IMG/VR virus record: IMGVR_UViG_3300043742_000003
Span: 1 to 44,882 of that record
Origin: a virus
Direction: 5' to 3' (one strand)
DNA length: 44,882 bases
Below the pieces are notes generated by a model, which did no database searches, was not told the DNA's origin, and saw nothing but the letters and a program-made list of their open reading frames with translations. This document shows positions 7,248 through 18,400 of the stretch, one piece after another (the stretch's first letter is position 1; every line of letters begins with the position of its first letter). The position numbers and the translations under genes were made by a program.

Positions 7248-8372
7248 CTAGGGCTCCTCCTTCGGCGTCTGGCCGGTAGCTCGCCTCAGTATTTCGTCGA
7301 GTGAAAGTCGCGGAATTGTCTCAGATCGGTCTGAGACGCCCAAATTTTCGCGTCCAGGCGCTCCAGGCGAGGCGATCTCGGTGCTGCGAGGGGTAGCACT
7401 GCTTGGCCCAAAAGGACCCATCCCTGGAGGCCTCCGCGGCCCAAATACGGGTCCGCGCGGGTGTTCGGTGTCTGGCGGGATCGGTCCCATGGGCTCGCCG
7501 CCGGTTGCCGGCCGCTCGGGTCCTGGCGGCCTCCTGGTCGGCGATCTCTCGCCTACCTCATCAACGTGCGTCCTGGCATCAGGCCGCGGTAGTTGCGCGG
7601 TGGTCCTCGTGCGCGGCAGTTCGCGGCCGCCGAGCTCCGGCAGCGCGGCCTCCGCGGCGCCACCGAGGAGCGCACCTTGCACTCCGAGGTTCGTCAGCGT
7701 TTGGCCGACGTGCTTCTTGCCGAGCTCCTCGCCGATCTGAGCGGCCATCGGGCCGATGACCGGCAGTCCGCTCGCCGCGGCATAGCCGCCGGCTTCGGTA
7801 TCCCTTCCTGCTCGGTGCGCCTCCATCGATTTGCGCTGCAGTTCTTTGCCCTGGTTGTAAATGTCTGTCGGGCTCGTAGTCAGGAGATCCCAGGCTGCGC
7901 GAGGAGCTCCGAGGATTGCTTCGCCAGCCGAGCGGCGGATCGCGCGCGGCGTGAAGCCGTACCACTTCTGCTGCTCTTCCTCCGTGAGCGGCGGACCCAT
8001 GTATGCGTTCTCGAGCGTGTCTCGTAAACTCTTACCGGCCGGCTTCTGCGGAGTCGGCTTTGCCGGCGCAGTTGTGGGCGGTGCCTTGGTGGGGACCAGG
8101 GGCTCTGCTCCCGGCTGCGCCTGTTGTCCTTCCGGCAACCGCGGTGGGGGTAAATCTTTCGCGGCCCAGGCGCGCATCGCGTTGGTCACAGGATCGACGA
8201 CGTAGTGATACGATCTTCGCGCCGTGTCCATCCAGGTCGTCTCCTCCTGTCTGGGCGGGACACGAGGAGACCCTGGTGGACCGGCCTCGGGATAGTCGCG
8301 GTCCTGGTCAAGTACCGCGCCTTCCGGTATCCACTCTCCGTTGTTTTTTTTCTGATCATCCTGAGGCGGCAT
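7248..8372 (-). CDS. Pro-rich, largely low-complexity putative internal virion/ejection protein (374 aa)
   Basis: ATG start. Long P/G/R/E-rich tracts flank a short Gly/Ala-rich hydrophobic stretch (GLPVIGPMAAQIGEELG..GVQGALLGGAAEAALPELGG). The call is based on its position in the distal structural operon. Confidence 0.5.
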   Translation of the reverse strand: MPPQDDQKKNNGEWIPEGAVLDQDRDYPEAGPPGSPRVPPRQEETTWMDTARRSYHYVVDPVTNAMRAWAAKDLPPPRLPEGQQAQPGAEPLVPTKAPPTTAPAKPTPQKPAGKSLRDTLENAYMGPPLTEEEQQKWYGFTPRAIRRSAGEAILGAPRAAWDLLTTSPTDIYNQGKELQRKSMEAHRAGRDTEAGGYAAASGLPVIGPMAAQIGEELGKKHVGQTLTNLGVQGALLGGAAEAALPELGGRELPRTRTTAQLPRPDARTHVDEVGERSPTRRPPGPERPATGGEPMGPIPPDTEHPRGPVFGPRRPPGMGPFGPSSATPRSTEIASPGAPGRENLGVSDRSETIPRLSLDEILRRATGQTPKEEP

Positions 8373-8375
8373 CGA

Positions 8376-10421
8376 TTACCTCGGTCTCTCTACGCGATCG
8401 CCGTTTTCGTCAATCCACTCGCGTTTGTCATCGGAGAAGAATTGGTGCTTCCCGTCTTTCGTTGTCGCGGAGAATCGATAGAGTAGCGGTGTCTTTTTGT
8501 CTTCGCGCATGCCGTCGATGATCGGCACTTTCGTTCCGCGGTCGCGATCGAGAATCGCTTGCGTGAGCCTGAGCTGCGTGATCGCCCAGGCGTAGTTCGG
8601 CGTCCAGCCGGCCGGCAGCGTGGCGTAGAGCGCGCCGACGCCTTGCTCGGTCATGCGGCTGCCCTCGGTGATTTCCTTCGGCAGCGCGAGCATCGCCTCG
8701 CGGAGTGAAAGCAGATTCGCGATGTAGTTGCGCGTCTCGGGCGTGGCGCCTTCTGCGCCTGGCTTGGTCATGAACTGCTCATTGAGCCACTTAAACGGAT
8801 CGATCCCCACCGTGCGCCCGAACCAGCTTGGCCCGTTCAGCGTGTTCACGAGTTGCGACACGATCGACAGCTGGCCGGAATCTTTCCAATTGAATTCGCG
8901 CGCGGCTTCCGCCATGCCGTTCATGCGCGCCTGCATTTCGTTGACGCGCGTGGCGCTCTCGAGTGCCTTCTGGTATTCGCCTGGCGCCAGCGTGAACGGA
9001 TGCGGATGGAAGTCGGCCTGGTGCGCGTTGTAGTCGCCCTGGCTCATGTAGTGAACGCGGTTGTGATTGTCGACCGCGTGAACCATCTTTTCGTCGGCGG
9101 CCTGCTGGCGTAGCGCCTGCGCTTCCTCTTCGCGCTGCTTGCGATCTTCCGCCATCTGGTGGTTGAACTCGTCATTTGAACGCAGTCGTCCAGCGCTCTC
9201 CATGTTCTTCAGCATCCCCTGGACGCGCACCGCATCATTTTCGGTTGCGCCTGGTTTGAGCGTGATCGTATCGGGGAAAGGTTTCGTCTGCTCGAGCCGG
9301 TTCCAATATTCCTGGTTCGCGGCGTTCTCCTGGGCGATCTCCTGCTGCGACATCTGACGCTGGCCGGCGGTCGGAGCTCCGTAGTTCCATTGCGTCGGTT
9401 GCTGCTTCTTCTGAGGCACTGGTGGCGCGATGAACTGCGGCGCCTGCGCGATCTGCTTCGGAATTCCCGGCGTGAGCTCCTGCGGGATCGGCGGCATCGT
9501 TCCAGGTGTTGGCTGCGCTGCCGGCTTCTCGGGCGTTTCCGGCATGCGCTCAAGCATGTGTGGCCCAGGCTCCTCGAATCGCACGCCGCGGCCAGGGGTT
9601 TCCACGCCGATCTGAGTGACGCGGGTGCCGTCTGGCATATCGCCCCAACGTTGAAGCTGCGTTAGCTTCGGCAGGCCGGCTCTCTCTCGCTCGATGCCGA
9701 GTGCTTCTTCACGCTGCAACTGATCGCGAATGTTGTAGAGCTCGTGGCCGGCTTGTTCGCGCGTGCCGGGAATGTTGGGCATCACGTTCGGAAACGCCGC
9801 GTCCACAGCGTCTGAACCGATGCGGCCCATCACCTGGCCGAATCTTCCCCAACCGTGCTTCGCGACCGGATGCACTTTCGCGTAGAGCTCGGCATCGCGT
9901 TCGCGCAGCTGCTGATCCAGGCTAGGAATTTCCGGCGGCGGCCTGTGCTCGGCCTCGAGGCTCGGCCCGATCGGTTTGCTGTTGTCGGCGCGGAACGGCA
10001 GGTTCGGCCCCTCGCCCCGATCCTCGCGGCTCGCGCGGCTGGCCTCGTCATTGTTTATGGGAACAATCGCGCCAGCGCGATGTTCCTGATCCGGCATTCC
10101 GCTCGGTATGAACGGCAGCTGACCGTTATCCGGCGGCGCCTTCTCGCGCTCTCTGTAGGGATCGCCGCGATAGCCGCCGTCGAGATTGCTGTAGTACGGG
10201 AATGATTCTTCGCTCGAGATGGTCTTCGGATAAGGACGACCGCTGCCTTTGCCGACGGGCGACGAGCTCGTGGTGGGAAATGTTCCTGCCCCAGGCGAAA
10301 CATAAACGCGGCTCGGCCCTCGAGACCAATCAGGATCTTCGTTTGGCCTCGGGTAGTCGATTCCAGGCCTACCAGGCCTTCGCGGTGGAATTGATGGAAG
10401 TTGATCGTCGTCGTATGCCAT
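8376..10421 (-). CDS. Putative internal virion/ejection protein (681 aa)
   Basis: ATG start 3 nt downstream of the upstream stop. The N-terminal ~300 aa are Pro-rich and disordered, and the C-terminal half looks globular. The call is based on position. Confidence 0.5.
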   Translation of the reverse strand: MAYDDDQLPSIPPRRPGRPGIDYPRPNEDPDWSRGPSRVYVSPGAGTFPTTSSSPVGKGSGRPYPKTISSEESFPYYSNLDGGYRGDPYREREKAPPDNGQLPFIPSGMPDQEHRAGAIVPINNDEASRASREDRGEGPNLPFRADNSKPIGPSLEAEHRPPPEIPSLDQQLRERDAELYAKVHPVAKHGWGRFGQVMGRIGSDAVDAAFPNVMPNIPGTREQAGHELYNIRDQLQREEALGIERERAGLPKLTQLQRWGDMPDGTRVTQIGVETPGRGVRFEEPGPHMLERMPETPEKPAAQPTPGTMPPIPQELTPGIPKQIAQAPQFIAPPVPQKKQQPTQWNYGAPTAGQRQMSQQEIAQENAANQEYWNRLEQTKPFPDTITLKPGATENDAVRVQGMLKNMESAGRLRSNDEFNHQMAEDRKQREEEAQALRQQAADEKMVHAVDNHNRVHYMSQGDYNAHQADFHPHPFTLAPGEYQKALESATRVNEMQARMNGMAEAAREFNWKDSGQLSIVSQLVNTLNGPSWFGRTVGIDPFKWLNEQFMTKPGAEGATPETRNYIANLLSLREAMLALPKEITEGSRMTEQGVGALYATLPAGWTPNYAWAITQLRLTQAILDRDRGTKVPIIDGMREDKKTPLLYRFSATTKDGKHQFFSDDKREWIDENGDRVERPR

Positions 10422-10424
10422 AGG

Positions 10425-10670
10425 TCACCCGAGTGCTTCCTTCTCGATCGCTGCAATTGCCTCGGCGCGCGCCAGGACATCCTGAGCCGCTATGCGGCCG
10501 TGATTGGGCATGATCTCGTCGAGCACATCGACAACGACCTGGGCCAAAGGGTTGCCCTTCTTGGCGGCGCGAAAGGAATGAGCCGAGATGGTTTCTACGG
10601 GACTGCCACCGATAATCGCGTTGCCGAGTTGGTCGAGAGCGTCGAGAACTCTGCCGAGATAGGCGATCAT
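10425..10670 (-). CDS. Hypothetical small protein (81 aa)
   Basis: The internal ATG at 10670 overlaps the upstream stop as ATGA. The sequence begins MIAYLGRVLDALDQLGNAIIGGSPVETISAHSFRAAKKG.. Confidence 0.6.
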   Translation of the reverse strand: MIAYLGRVLDALDQLGNAIIGGSPVETISAHSFRAAKKGNPLAQVVVDVLDEIMPNHGRIAAQDVLARAEAIAAIEKEALG

Positions 10671-11293
10671 CCGAAATTCACCGGCCCTGCGGTTCCGCTC
10701 GGCTTCAGCGTGTCGATTACCGATTCGGTATTTTGTAGCCACCCTGTTTGGTTCGCCTTGCTCCAGGCGTCGATGTCCTCGGGCACAAGCGATTGCGCCT
10801 TCAGCTGCGCGCCGACATCCGTGTTGTACATTCCCTCGAGTTGCTTCAACGCACTGGCGCGTTGCTGTTGCTGAAGCATCGCGTTTTTCGTTGAGACATC
10901 GAGACCGACTCCAGCACTCGTGCGCATCTTTTCGCGTGCCGCTTCGTCGAGCACGCCGGTCGTCCCGGCGCCGACATTGCGCGATCGCGCCGCTCGCAGT
11001 CCTGCTTCGCCGGCAATCCCACCCGCGGCGCCGCCGGCGCCCTCGAGGCCTTTCACCAGCATGTCGTTCACCTGCGCAGGCTTGAACCCCTGCGGGTTTG
11101 TGACGTCGGCCTTGAGCTCGGGCACAAGGTCACCGCCGATTCCCGCGGCGCCTTCGCCGTAGCCGGCGCCCGTTCGTGACGCGGTGTCTGCCGCCTGTTT
11201 TGCTGCGCTTGTTGCTGCCTTGATGCCGGCGATCGGCTGCGTACCCGCGATCGGATCGTCGACCACCCTTCGACTTGTGCGTCTATAGAACAT
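10667..11293 (-). CDS. Gly/Ala-rich putative virion protein (208 aa)
   Basis: Track ORF with an ATG start and an 11-nt overlap with the upstream gene. Confidence 0.6.
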   Translation of the reverse strand: MFYRRTSRRVVDDPIAGTQPIAGIKAATSAAKQAADTASRTGAGYGEGAAGIGGDLVPELKADVTNPQGFKPAQVNDMLVKGLEGAGGAAGGIAGEAGLRAARSRNVGAGTTGVLDEAAREKMRTSAGVGLDVSTKNAMLQQQQRASALKQLEGMYNTDVGAQLKAQSLVPEDIDAWSKANQTGWLQNTESVIDTLKPSGTAGPVNFG

Positions 11294-11654
11294 GGAGAAA
11301 CACCTCGCCCCAACCTCGAACCCATCCCAATTGCTGCATGCGCTGCGCGAAACGTCCTTCCATTTGGGTCAGCGCAATATCAAGACCGGCACTGCGGCCG
11401 GCATCCATCGCTTCTTTTTGCAGGCATATCAGCGCGTCGAGGCGCTCCTGCGGCGTCTTCCACTCGTGATCGACATAGAGCAGCGCGGAGATGAACAGCC
11501 TTCCGAATATCGCCTGGCGCGCCACATCGTCTTCGTCGGCCATCACTTTTTTTACGATCATCAGCGGGTGATCTGGCGACGGCATCACGTAATCTTTGCC
11601 GTGCATCTTCTTGATGGCTTCGAGATCTTCCGGCTTGTATTCGCGGATGTGCAT
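11283..11654 (-). CDS. Hypothetical protein (123 aa) with a weak GNAT-like N-terminus
   Basis: MHIREYKPEDLEAIKKMHG.. resembles a GNAT N-terminus, but no clear Q/RxxGxG/A acetyl-CoA motif is present. TGATG overlap with the upstream gene. Confidence 0.35.
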   Translation of the reverse strand: MHIREYKPEDLEAIKKMHGKDYVMPSPDHPLMIVKKVMADEDDVARQAIFGRLFISALLYVDHEWKTPQERLDALICLQKEAMDAGRSAGLDIALTQMEGRFAQRMQQLGWVRGWGEVFLHVL

Positions 11655-12250
11655 CAGCGCACCGCCGGCGCCGGCGCGCGTTTCTGCGTGACGAGCGGAC
11701 GTTGAGTCACCGACCCAAGGCCTGCGCCGCCTTGCGTGCCGTCGGATCGCGCGGTGCCGGATCCCTGGCTCGGCAGGAGCGTCAGCTGCGAGCTCCCGGT
11801 CAGCGTGACCGCGGTGGGCGCGTACTTCGTTCCCCAGTAGGCCTGCTTCGGTTGCGCATCCGAACCGAGGTACTGGCTGTATGCGCGGAAATAGTAGTTC
11901 TGCGTAACGCCACCGCCGGTCTTCGCCGGCAGCGGCAGCACCTTGCCGCGCGAGGCGCCCAGGTGCTCGACATGCGGCTGAGAGAAGCTCGGATCATTCG
12001 CCGACCACTCGACGAAATATTGAATGTTTTTATTCAAGGGCGCCGTGTCGTTGATCGTGACGTGAACATGATCGCTGCCGGCCGCAACGTTCAGGCTCGC
12101 GATCGGCGATGGCGGACTGTTCTTCCCGCGCGTGTCCATCCCGAGATGGTTGAACGCGGTGTTGATCTGATCGAACCAGCCCTCGAGCAGCATTCCCAAA
12201 TGCGGATCCTTGTTCTTGATCAGCTTTAGAAATTGCGAACCGTCGATCAT
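11654..12250 (-). CDS. Hypothetical beta-rich putative structural protein (198 aa)
   Basis: Track ORF with an ATGA overlap to the upstream gene. Confidence 0.6.
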   Translation of the reverse strand: MIDGSQFLKLIKNKDPHLGMLLEGWFDQINTAFNHLGMDTRGKNSPPSPIASLNVAAGSDHVHVTINDTAPLNKNIQYFVEWSANDPSFSQPHVEHLGASRGKVLPLPAKTGGGVTQNYYFRAYSQYLGSDAQPKQAYWGTKYAPTAVTLTGSSQLTLLPSQGSGTARSDGTQGGAGLGSVTQRPLVTQKRAPAPAVR

Positions 12251-12486
12251 GATTCGTCCCCGTCATTCAAAAACTCCGCCATCCGTTGCTGATCCTCCCG
12301 CGGCGTAAGCAAGAGGATCGCGTAGTGACACCGAATGCGTGCGGCTCGCTCGTCGCGGAGTCGCGCACCGATGCCGTTTATGTCTCTGCGCATCCAACTG
12401 ATCTGGCGAAGCTGTCGATAGGCGCCGCCGGCGATGAAGATCACACCAGATAGGGCTAGACCAACCTGGATCCATTCGGGGAGCAT
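12247..12486 (-). CDS. Small N-terminal single-pass membrane protein (79 aa)
   Basis: The ATG at 12486 overlaps the giant gene's TGA. The sequence is MLPEWIQVGLALSGVIFIAGGAYRQL.., followed by a charged helix. Confidence 0.55.
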   Translation of the reverse strand: MLPEWIQVGLALSGVIFIAGGAYRQLRQISWMRRDINGIGARLRDERAARIRCHYAILLLTPREDQQRMAEFLNDGDES

Positions 12487-15400
12487 CACGCGGTGATTGA
12501 ATTCCAACCGCGGATTGGTGACCAGGTATCGGGCACAAGCGGCACAACCAATTTCGAGACGCGGAATGCACTGCCGACCGCGTTGGTGCCCACCCTCACA
12601 AAAAACCGATTGCCTTTGACGTTCACTCCCAACTCCAAGTCACCTTGCGACTGCGCCGGCAGCGCCAGCTGATCGAGCGCGTAAGGAGTGTTGAACGGAC
12701 TCTCGGGATAGACGTAGGTGTTGAGAGTGCCCGTGCCCGTCGCGAGCACGGTGAGATACGGGAAGGTCATGCGGAAAAGTCCGAGCCCCTTGGCATCGGC
12801 CATTTCCGGTTTCACAAATCCATACGAAATCCAGTAGGAGTTGATCGCGCCGCCATCGTCAGCGAGCGAGCTCGCAAGCAGCGCGAAGACTTTGTTGTCC
12901 CCGTATCCGGTACAGTAAAACTGCGGCCACTGCGAATTGTTTCGCGAAACGAAATCCGAGTACGGCGCCGCGATATTCCAGAACGACCATTTTCTCGCCG
13001 GCTCGGGACTCAGCAGCCGGCCCATGTACGTTGATTTGATCGGGCCCGTCTGCGCGATCGCGGTGCCCGTGTTCAACTCGCGATAGTTGCAGCTGAGAAT
13101 TACGTTCGGCGTCGTCGGGTTGCTGTTTACCGGGAATTCCGGCATCCATTGGTTCGGAGTCGGGATCGGGATGCCGACCGTGAAGCGCCGCTGCTCGGGA
13201 TCGTTTCTGAGCCAGATCGTGTAGCCGTATTGCCAGTTGATGCTGTCCCAAACGGGCTGAATTTCCTGCGAGACCTTGATCGGTTCGCCGCCCTCAAAGT
13301 AGTGAACACCTTCGCGATCGGCCGTCATCATCCAGCCTTCGCCGTAATCGAAAGCGTTCTGCCCGATGCAGCCGACCTTGTTGCTCACTTCCTTGTAGTT
13401 CCATCGATTCGGTTCGGTGACGCCGTTATCGCTTGTGCTGAACCAGGACCGTTCTTTGACGACGTACAACAAATCGAAGAGCTCCGCGGCGGCATTGATG
13501 GGCTGCATATTTTGCGCAGGTCCCGTCACGCCGGTGATCAAATCGAACGATTCCTGGTTGTTCACATACGAGCCCTTGAGCGCGGTGGTGTTCGACGGCA
13601 CCAGCGTCTGGAACGGCTCGATGCGATCGATCTGGATCGTCGAGGTGGGAGTGCCGGGAATGTTCTGCGCGTAAACTCTGATCACCAAATCCTTCGGCAC
13701 CGGCTGCATCACTCTCGTCAGCAGCGTGCCGGTGAAGATTTGCATCGTTTGTCCGAGTGAACTGAGCGGCAGGCTGAACACGCCCACCTGCTGCAGGGTC
13801 GAAGGGACGAAGAGATCGACGATCAGATTGCCGCTCGCGATCGGCGCGGTCGACATCGCGGTGACGCGAATGGAGTAGAGTGTCGCGGCCTGGATGATCG
13901 GGACCTGGAACTCATCCTGGTAGGCGCCCTGCGTGATCATTCCCCAGGCCGACTGCACGCCGCCCGTATTGCTGATCTGATACGACCAGCCGAAAGTCGG
14001 AGAGGAGAGCAGCAGGAGGCCTCCGCTGCCAAAGTTCGGATCGTAGGTCCAACCGAGCGGCGTCGAGGCATTCGCGCCGGCGACGAATTGCCCTGTGAAG
14101 CCGCCGTCGAAACTCGTGTTGCGCAAGTTCGTAATTTTCAGTTGTTCGCCCCAGGCGAACATGCGCGAGGCGTAAGTCGTGAGACCGCGGCAGCTGCCGA
14201 GCTCGATGCAGTTGAACAAGTTGTTGCCGGGAATGTCGATCGCGAGGCCGGTCAACAATACGGTATCGGAGAAGTTGAATTGCGCGGTGGTCGATGTGTT
14301 GTCGTTGACGATCGTTTTGGTGTTGTGCTGCAATACGCCGCCGACAACCACGTCGACGTCTTGCGGAATCCAGAAGAAGTTGCCGCCGTTCGCCCCGGTG
14401 AAGAAGACAACCCTCGCGACGACATTCGACGGCCCAGGCGAAAGGCCGGTGACGTTGATCGCGCCGCCGGCGGTGACGTTGAAGGTATAAATTGGCGACG
14501 GTTGCGTCAGGAATCCAGAGCGCGTCAAAAACGAGTAGCAAACTTTTCGCTGGCCGGTCGCGGTAACACCCTGCTGCACAACCGAGCCGCCGCTGCCGGT
14601 GTAGCCGGTGACAATCTGGCCGGCGTCGAAGGTGAACACCGTGCCGCCAACGACCGCAGTGGCCTGCGGCGATCCCGTTTGCGTCTGAATCGGAATGTCG
14701 ATCGACTTCGGAATTCCAACTGTGAAGTTTCCGCCGCCGACTGAGGCGATCGTGAACGTGCCGTTGAAAATGGTCGGATCGGTTCCGTTGCCATAGCCGT
14801 TCAGACAGTTCGTGATCGTCACAATCTGTCCAACTGTCGGCGCCGGCGATGGCGGCACAAGCGTGTAGGAATACTGCGCCACGCCGCTCGTGATCGATGC
14901 GGAGTTGATGGTCATCTGCACCGAGTTCGTCGTCGTCAGGCAAACCCACGTGCCGTCGTAGCCGGCTGGCGGTCCACCGCCGGTCCCGGTGATCTGGAAC
15001 GAGCTCCCTACTCCCACGTTCGGAAGCGGTTGCTGCGTCGTCATCGTGACGATGCACGATTGGAAGAACCAATTGCTTGTCGGCGCGCCGCCGCTACCGT
15101 AGTCCGCCGAGTACGCCCAGGTCGTCGTCGGGGAAGGCAGATCGAATGTGGGACAGAGCTCATTGCCGCCGACATATTGCAGCGATGCGTTGCCCTGGAG
15201 TTGGTAGGTGCCGTTCAGGTTGTACGGCAAAGTTCCGCCGTCTTTGCGCGGGAAGGGCACCGTGATGCCGCTCAACACAACGTTGGTGCCCGAGCCAAAT
15301 GTCGCCGTGTACGGCTGCAAGGTTGAGTACGCGACCGGCGGACCATCGCGGCCCTCGCCGTAAATCACGAGCAAATTGCCAGGCGTTGAATCGTTCGGAG

Positions 15401-18400
15401 ATCCCGCGGTGCCGAATGCGATGCGGCGGATCTGCACCTTCGGAGATTGCACGATGGTCTGGATCGGAATGTTGCCGCCCGAGGTGGTGGTCGAGGCCTG
15501 CGGATACCATCCAGGGCCCTGCTGCGAAATGCGATCGAGATTCGTTCCGTTCCATTGCCTCGGGACGTCGGTGCCGTTGAGCAAATTGCTGAAGCACATG
15601 TACTCGATGTCGGCGAACGTCACGCCCTTCGCGTAGGTGTTCGGCAGGATGCTTGTCGAGATGTTGCTGAACGTGCCAGGATTCGTATCAACATCCTCAT
15701 CCCATAGTCGGCCGGCGGCGTCCAACGCGAGTGTGTCCACCTCGCCGTCGGTCTGCTGGTAGGTTTTAATCCACGTGAAATTGGCGCTCGGATTCGGCGT
15801 GAGGAACACCAGCAGCTGAATCGCGTAGATGTAGAAGTTCGCGGGACCGGCGAAAGAATTTTCCGTCGCGGTGATGTTGAACTGCAGCGAGCTCGCGTCG
15901 ACCGAGGCGGCGTTCAGCGGAATTATTCCGAAAGGATTTGTTAACGCCGATCCGATGAAGACCGAGCCATCGTTCGCCGGCAGATTGAAGTTGTAGCTCG
16001 GAGCTCCTGGCACGTTCGCGAGTTGCACGGTGAGATGCGCGGAGGGATCGATCGGCGTCCCTGCGACCGTCGCAGGGTTTGTGCCGCCATGGATTTCGTA
16101 GGCGACTCCCGCGAAGGTGTAGCTGCCAGTGCTGACCGTGACGTTGACGACCGTGTCGGTCAGCTTGTTCAGTCCGTTGGCCTTCGTACAGACCCACATG
16201 CTCATGTACATTCCGCCGGCGCCATTCGCGGCGGTGCCCTGGCTGATCTGCGAGAAGGTGTCTCCTGCGGCGTTGGTGACCGAATTGATCACAAGCCCTG
16301 TGCCGGCGACGTTCTGCACGCCGAGCACGACGAGAATCATGTTGCCGGCCGTAACGTTTGAACTGCTCACCAGGCCGGAGTTGATGTTGAAGTTGCCGCC
16401 AGGAGCGGAAACTGTCTGCGCCTGGTCCGCGTGGTTCACCCAAAAGGACGAGAAATTTCCGACATATTGGAACGTGACGGTTTGCGCCAACCAGTAGCAG
16501 GCGACGTTTGGAGGCTCGACTGTCGCTGTCGGCGTGAGCCCTGCACCAACCGGAGCAGTGAAAACCGAGAGGACTCCAGCGCCGAATTGCTGGCCGCCGG
16601 CGCCGCCGAAATAGGTGTCGAAGTAGCCGAGGGGATAGGTGGGATAGACGTAGGGCGCGTTCGACTGCGAGGGATATTGCAGCACCGCGCAGATGGCCAT
16701 CATTTGCACGCCAGGCGCGGCACCGGGAATCGTCGGCCAGACGATCGCGGTCGACGTCGCGCCTCCGCTGTTTCCGGTGTAGCCGGTGGACACGCCGATC
16801 GGGCCGGGGTTGTCGAGTGCCGGCGGCGAATTGAAGAAGCCGGTCTGCAGCGGCTTGAACGCGATCACAACGTAGCTGGCACTCCAGTTCGGAGTCGGAT
16901 AGACGGTGTTGCCGAACGCGGTCTGCAGCTGCGTCCAGTTCAGCATCTGGCTGTTGAAGTAGTTGTCGAAGCCGCCCTGGCGCGGATTCGCGGTGAAGAT
17001 CGCGGCCGAGAGCATTCCTTGCTTGTAGTACTGCGCCGAATTCGATGCCGCCTGCGTGTACTCGGACAGGATGCGCATCGATTGCGGCACGTCCGCGTAG
17101 TAACCGCCTCGGGAATAGGCAAGCGTGAAACCTTGTGTCGCGTTGCCCCACATCTGCGTGGCCGAGAGCATGATGCAGTTGGTGCGGTTCACGACGAATG
17201 TGCCGGGAGTCGACTCGAGAACTCCGCTTTGCGACGGCGTGTTTTCCGTCTGCCACATATCGAGCGGGTTGAATGCGTTGTCAGTGCCGGTGGCTTCGAT
17301 CGCCCATACGCTGTAGTTACTGGCCGAGATCGGCGCGGCCGCGTTGGTTTGGAATGTTGCCGAGTAGGTCGAGACGCCGCCCTTCACGTTGTACCAGGCC
17401 GAGATCGCGGCGAAATCGTTGAACGCGAATGTGCTGTAGTTGGTGTTGAAGAGATCGGCCGCGGTGCCGTTCGCATCGGTCGAGGCGCCGAGCTTGCACT
17501 GTTCGACGGTCCCGTTGGGATCATGCACAAACCAAAACAGGATGACCGTGTTTCCCTTGGTTGTCGGCTTCGGGAAGGTGATCGAGAATGGCGGCGAGAC
17601 GAGCGAATTCTGAGTGAAATTCAGGTACTGAACGAACTGACTGGGCACCGTGCGCGCCGTGCCGCTCTGATGGCCGGAAATGACCAGCTGCGTGCCAAGC
17701 ACCGCCTGCGTCGGTGGGACGGTAAGTCCGAAATTAATAGATTCTAGAATTTGAGAATTGTTCTGCGCCGGCGACACAGGCACCGCGCCCTGAATCTCGA
17801 AGATGACTGCGTTAGGAACCGCCGAGCCGCTGACCGTGACGACGAGGTAGTTCGGCGGCGCACCGACAATGTTCTGCGCGATCCAGATGTCCTGATAGAT
17901 GGTGCTCGGACTTCCGAAAATGAACGCACCGGGAGCTACCACCGAGGACACTTTCGTCCAGGTGTTGCCCATGTTGTCGGAAACTTTCGAGATGTTGAAA
18001 GCTCCGTTCGTGTTGGTGTAGTTCGCGAAGATCAGCGTGCTGCCCTGGGTCACGCCGTTCGGGTTGAGGAATTGCGTATTGTTGTTCTGCAGCGTCTGCA
18101 AGAACGGCGCCGGCGATGTGGTAAGGCCGGCGATGTTGAAGCAGGTCAGCGTGGCGTACACGTCGCCATTGGCCGGTCCCCAGGTGTTCACCACCGCATA
18201 CGAGTTGTTGCCCGTAGGCACGCCGGCCACGCCGGGACCGACATACCAAGTGCCTTGCTGGCCGGCTTGGAGATAGCTGCCGCCAGACCAGCCGAGCGGG
18301 TAGGCAGGCGCGCCGTCGCCTTTCGGCCCTTGCGTACTCGGGCTCGGGCTGAACGACGCCATGTAGAAAATCGTGCCGTTTACCGTGGGCGTGATCGAAG

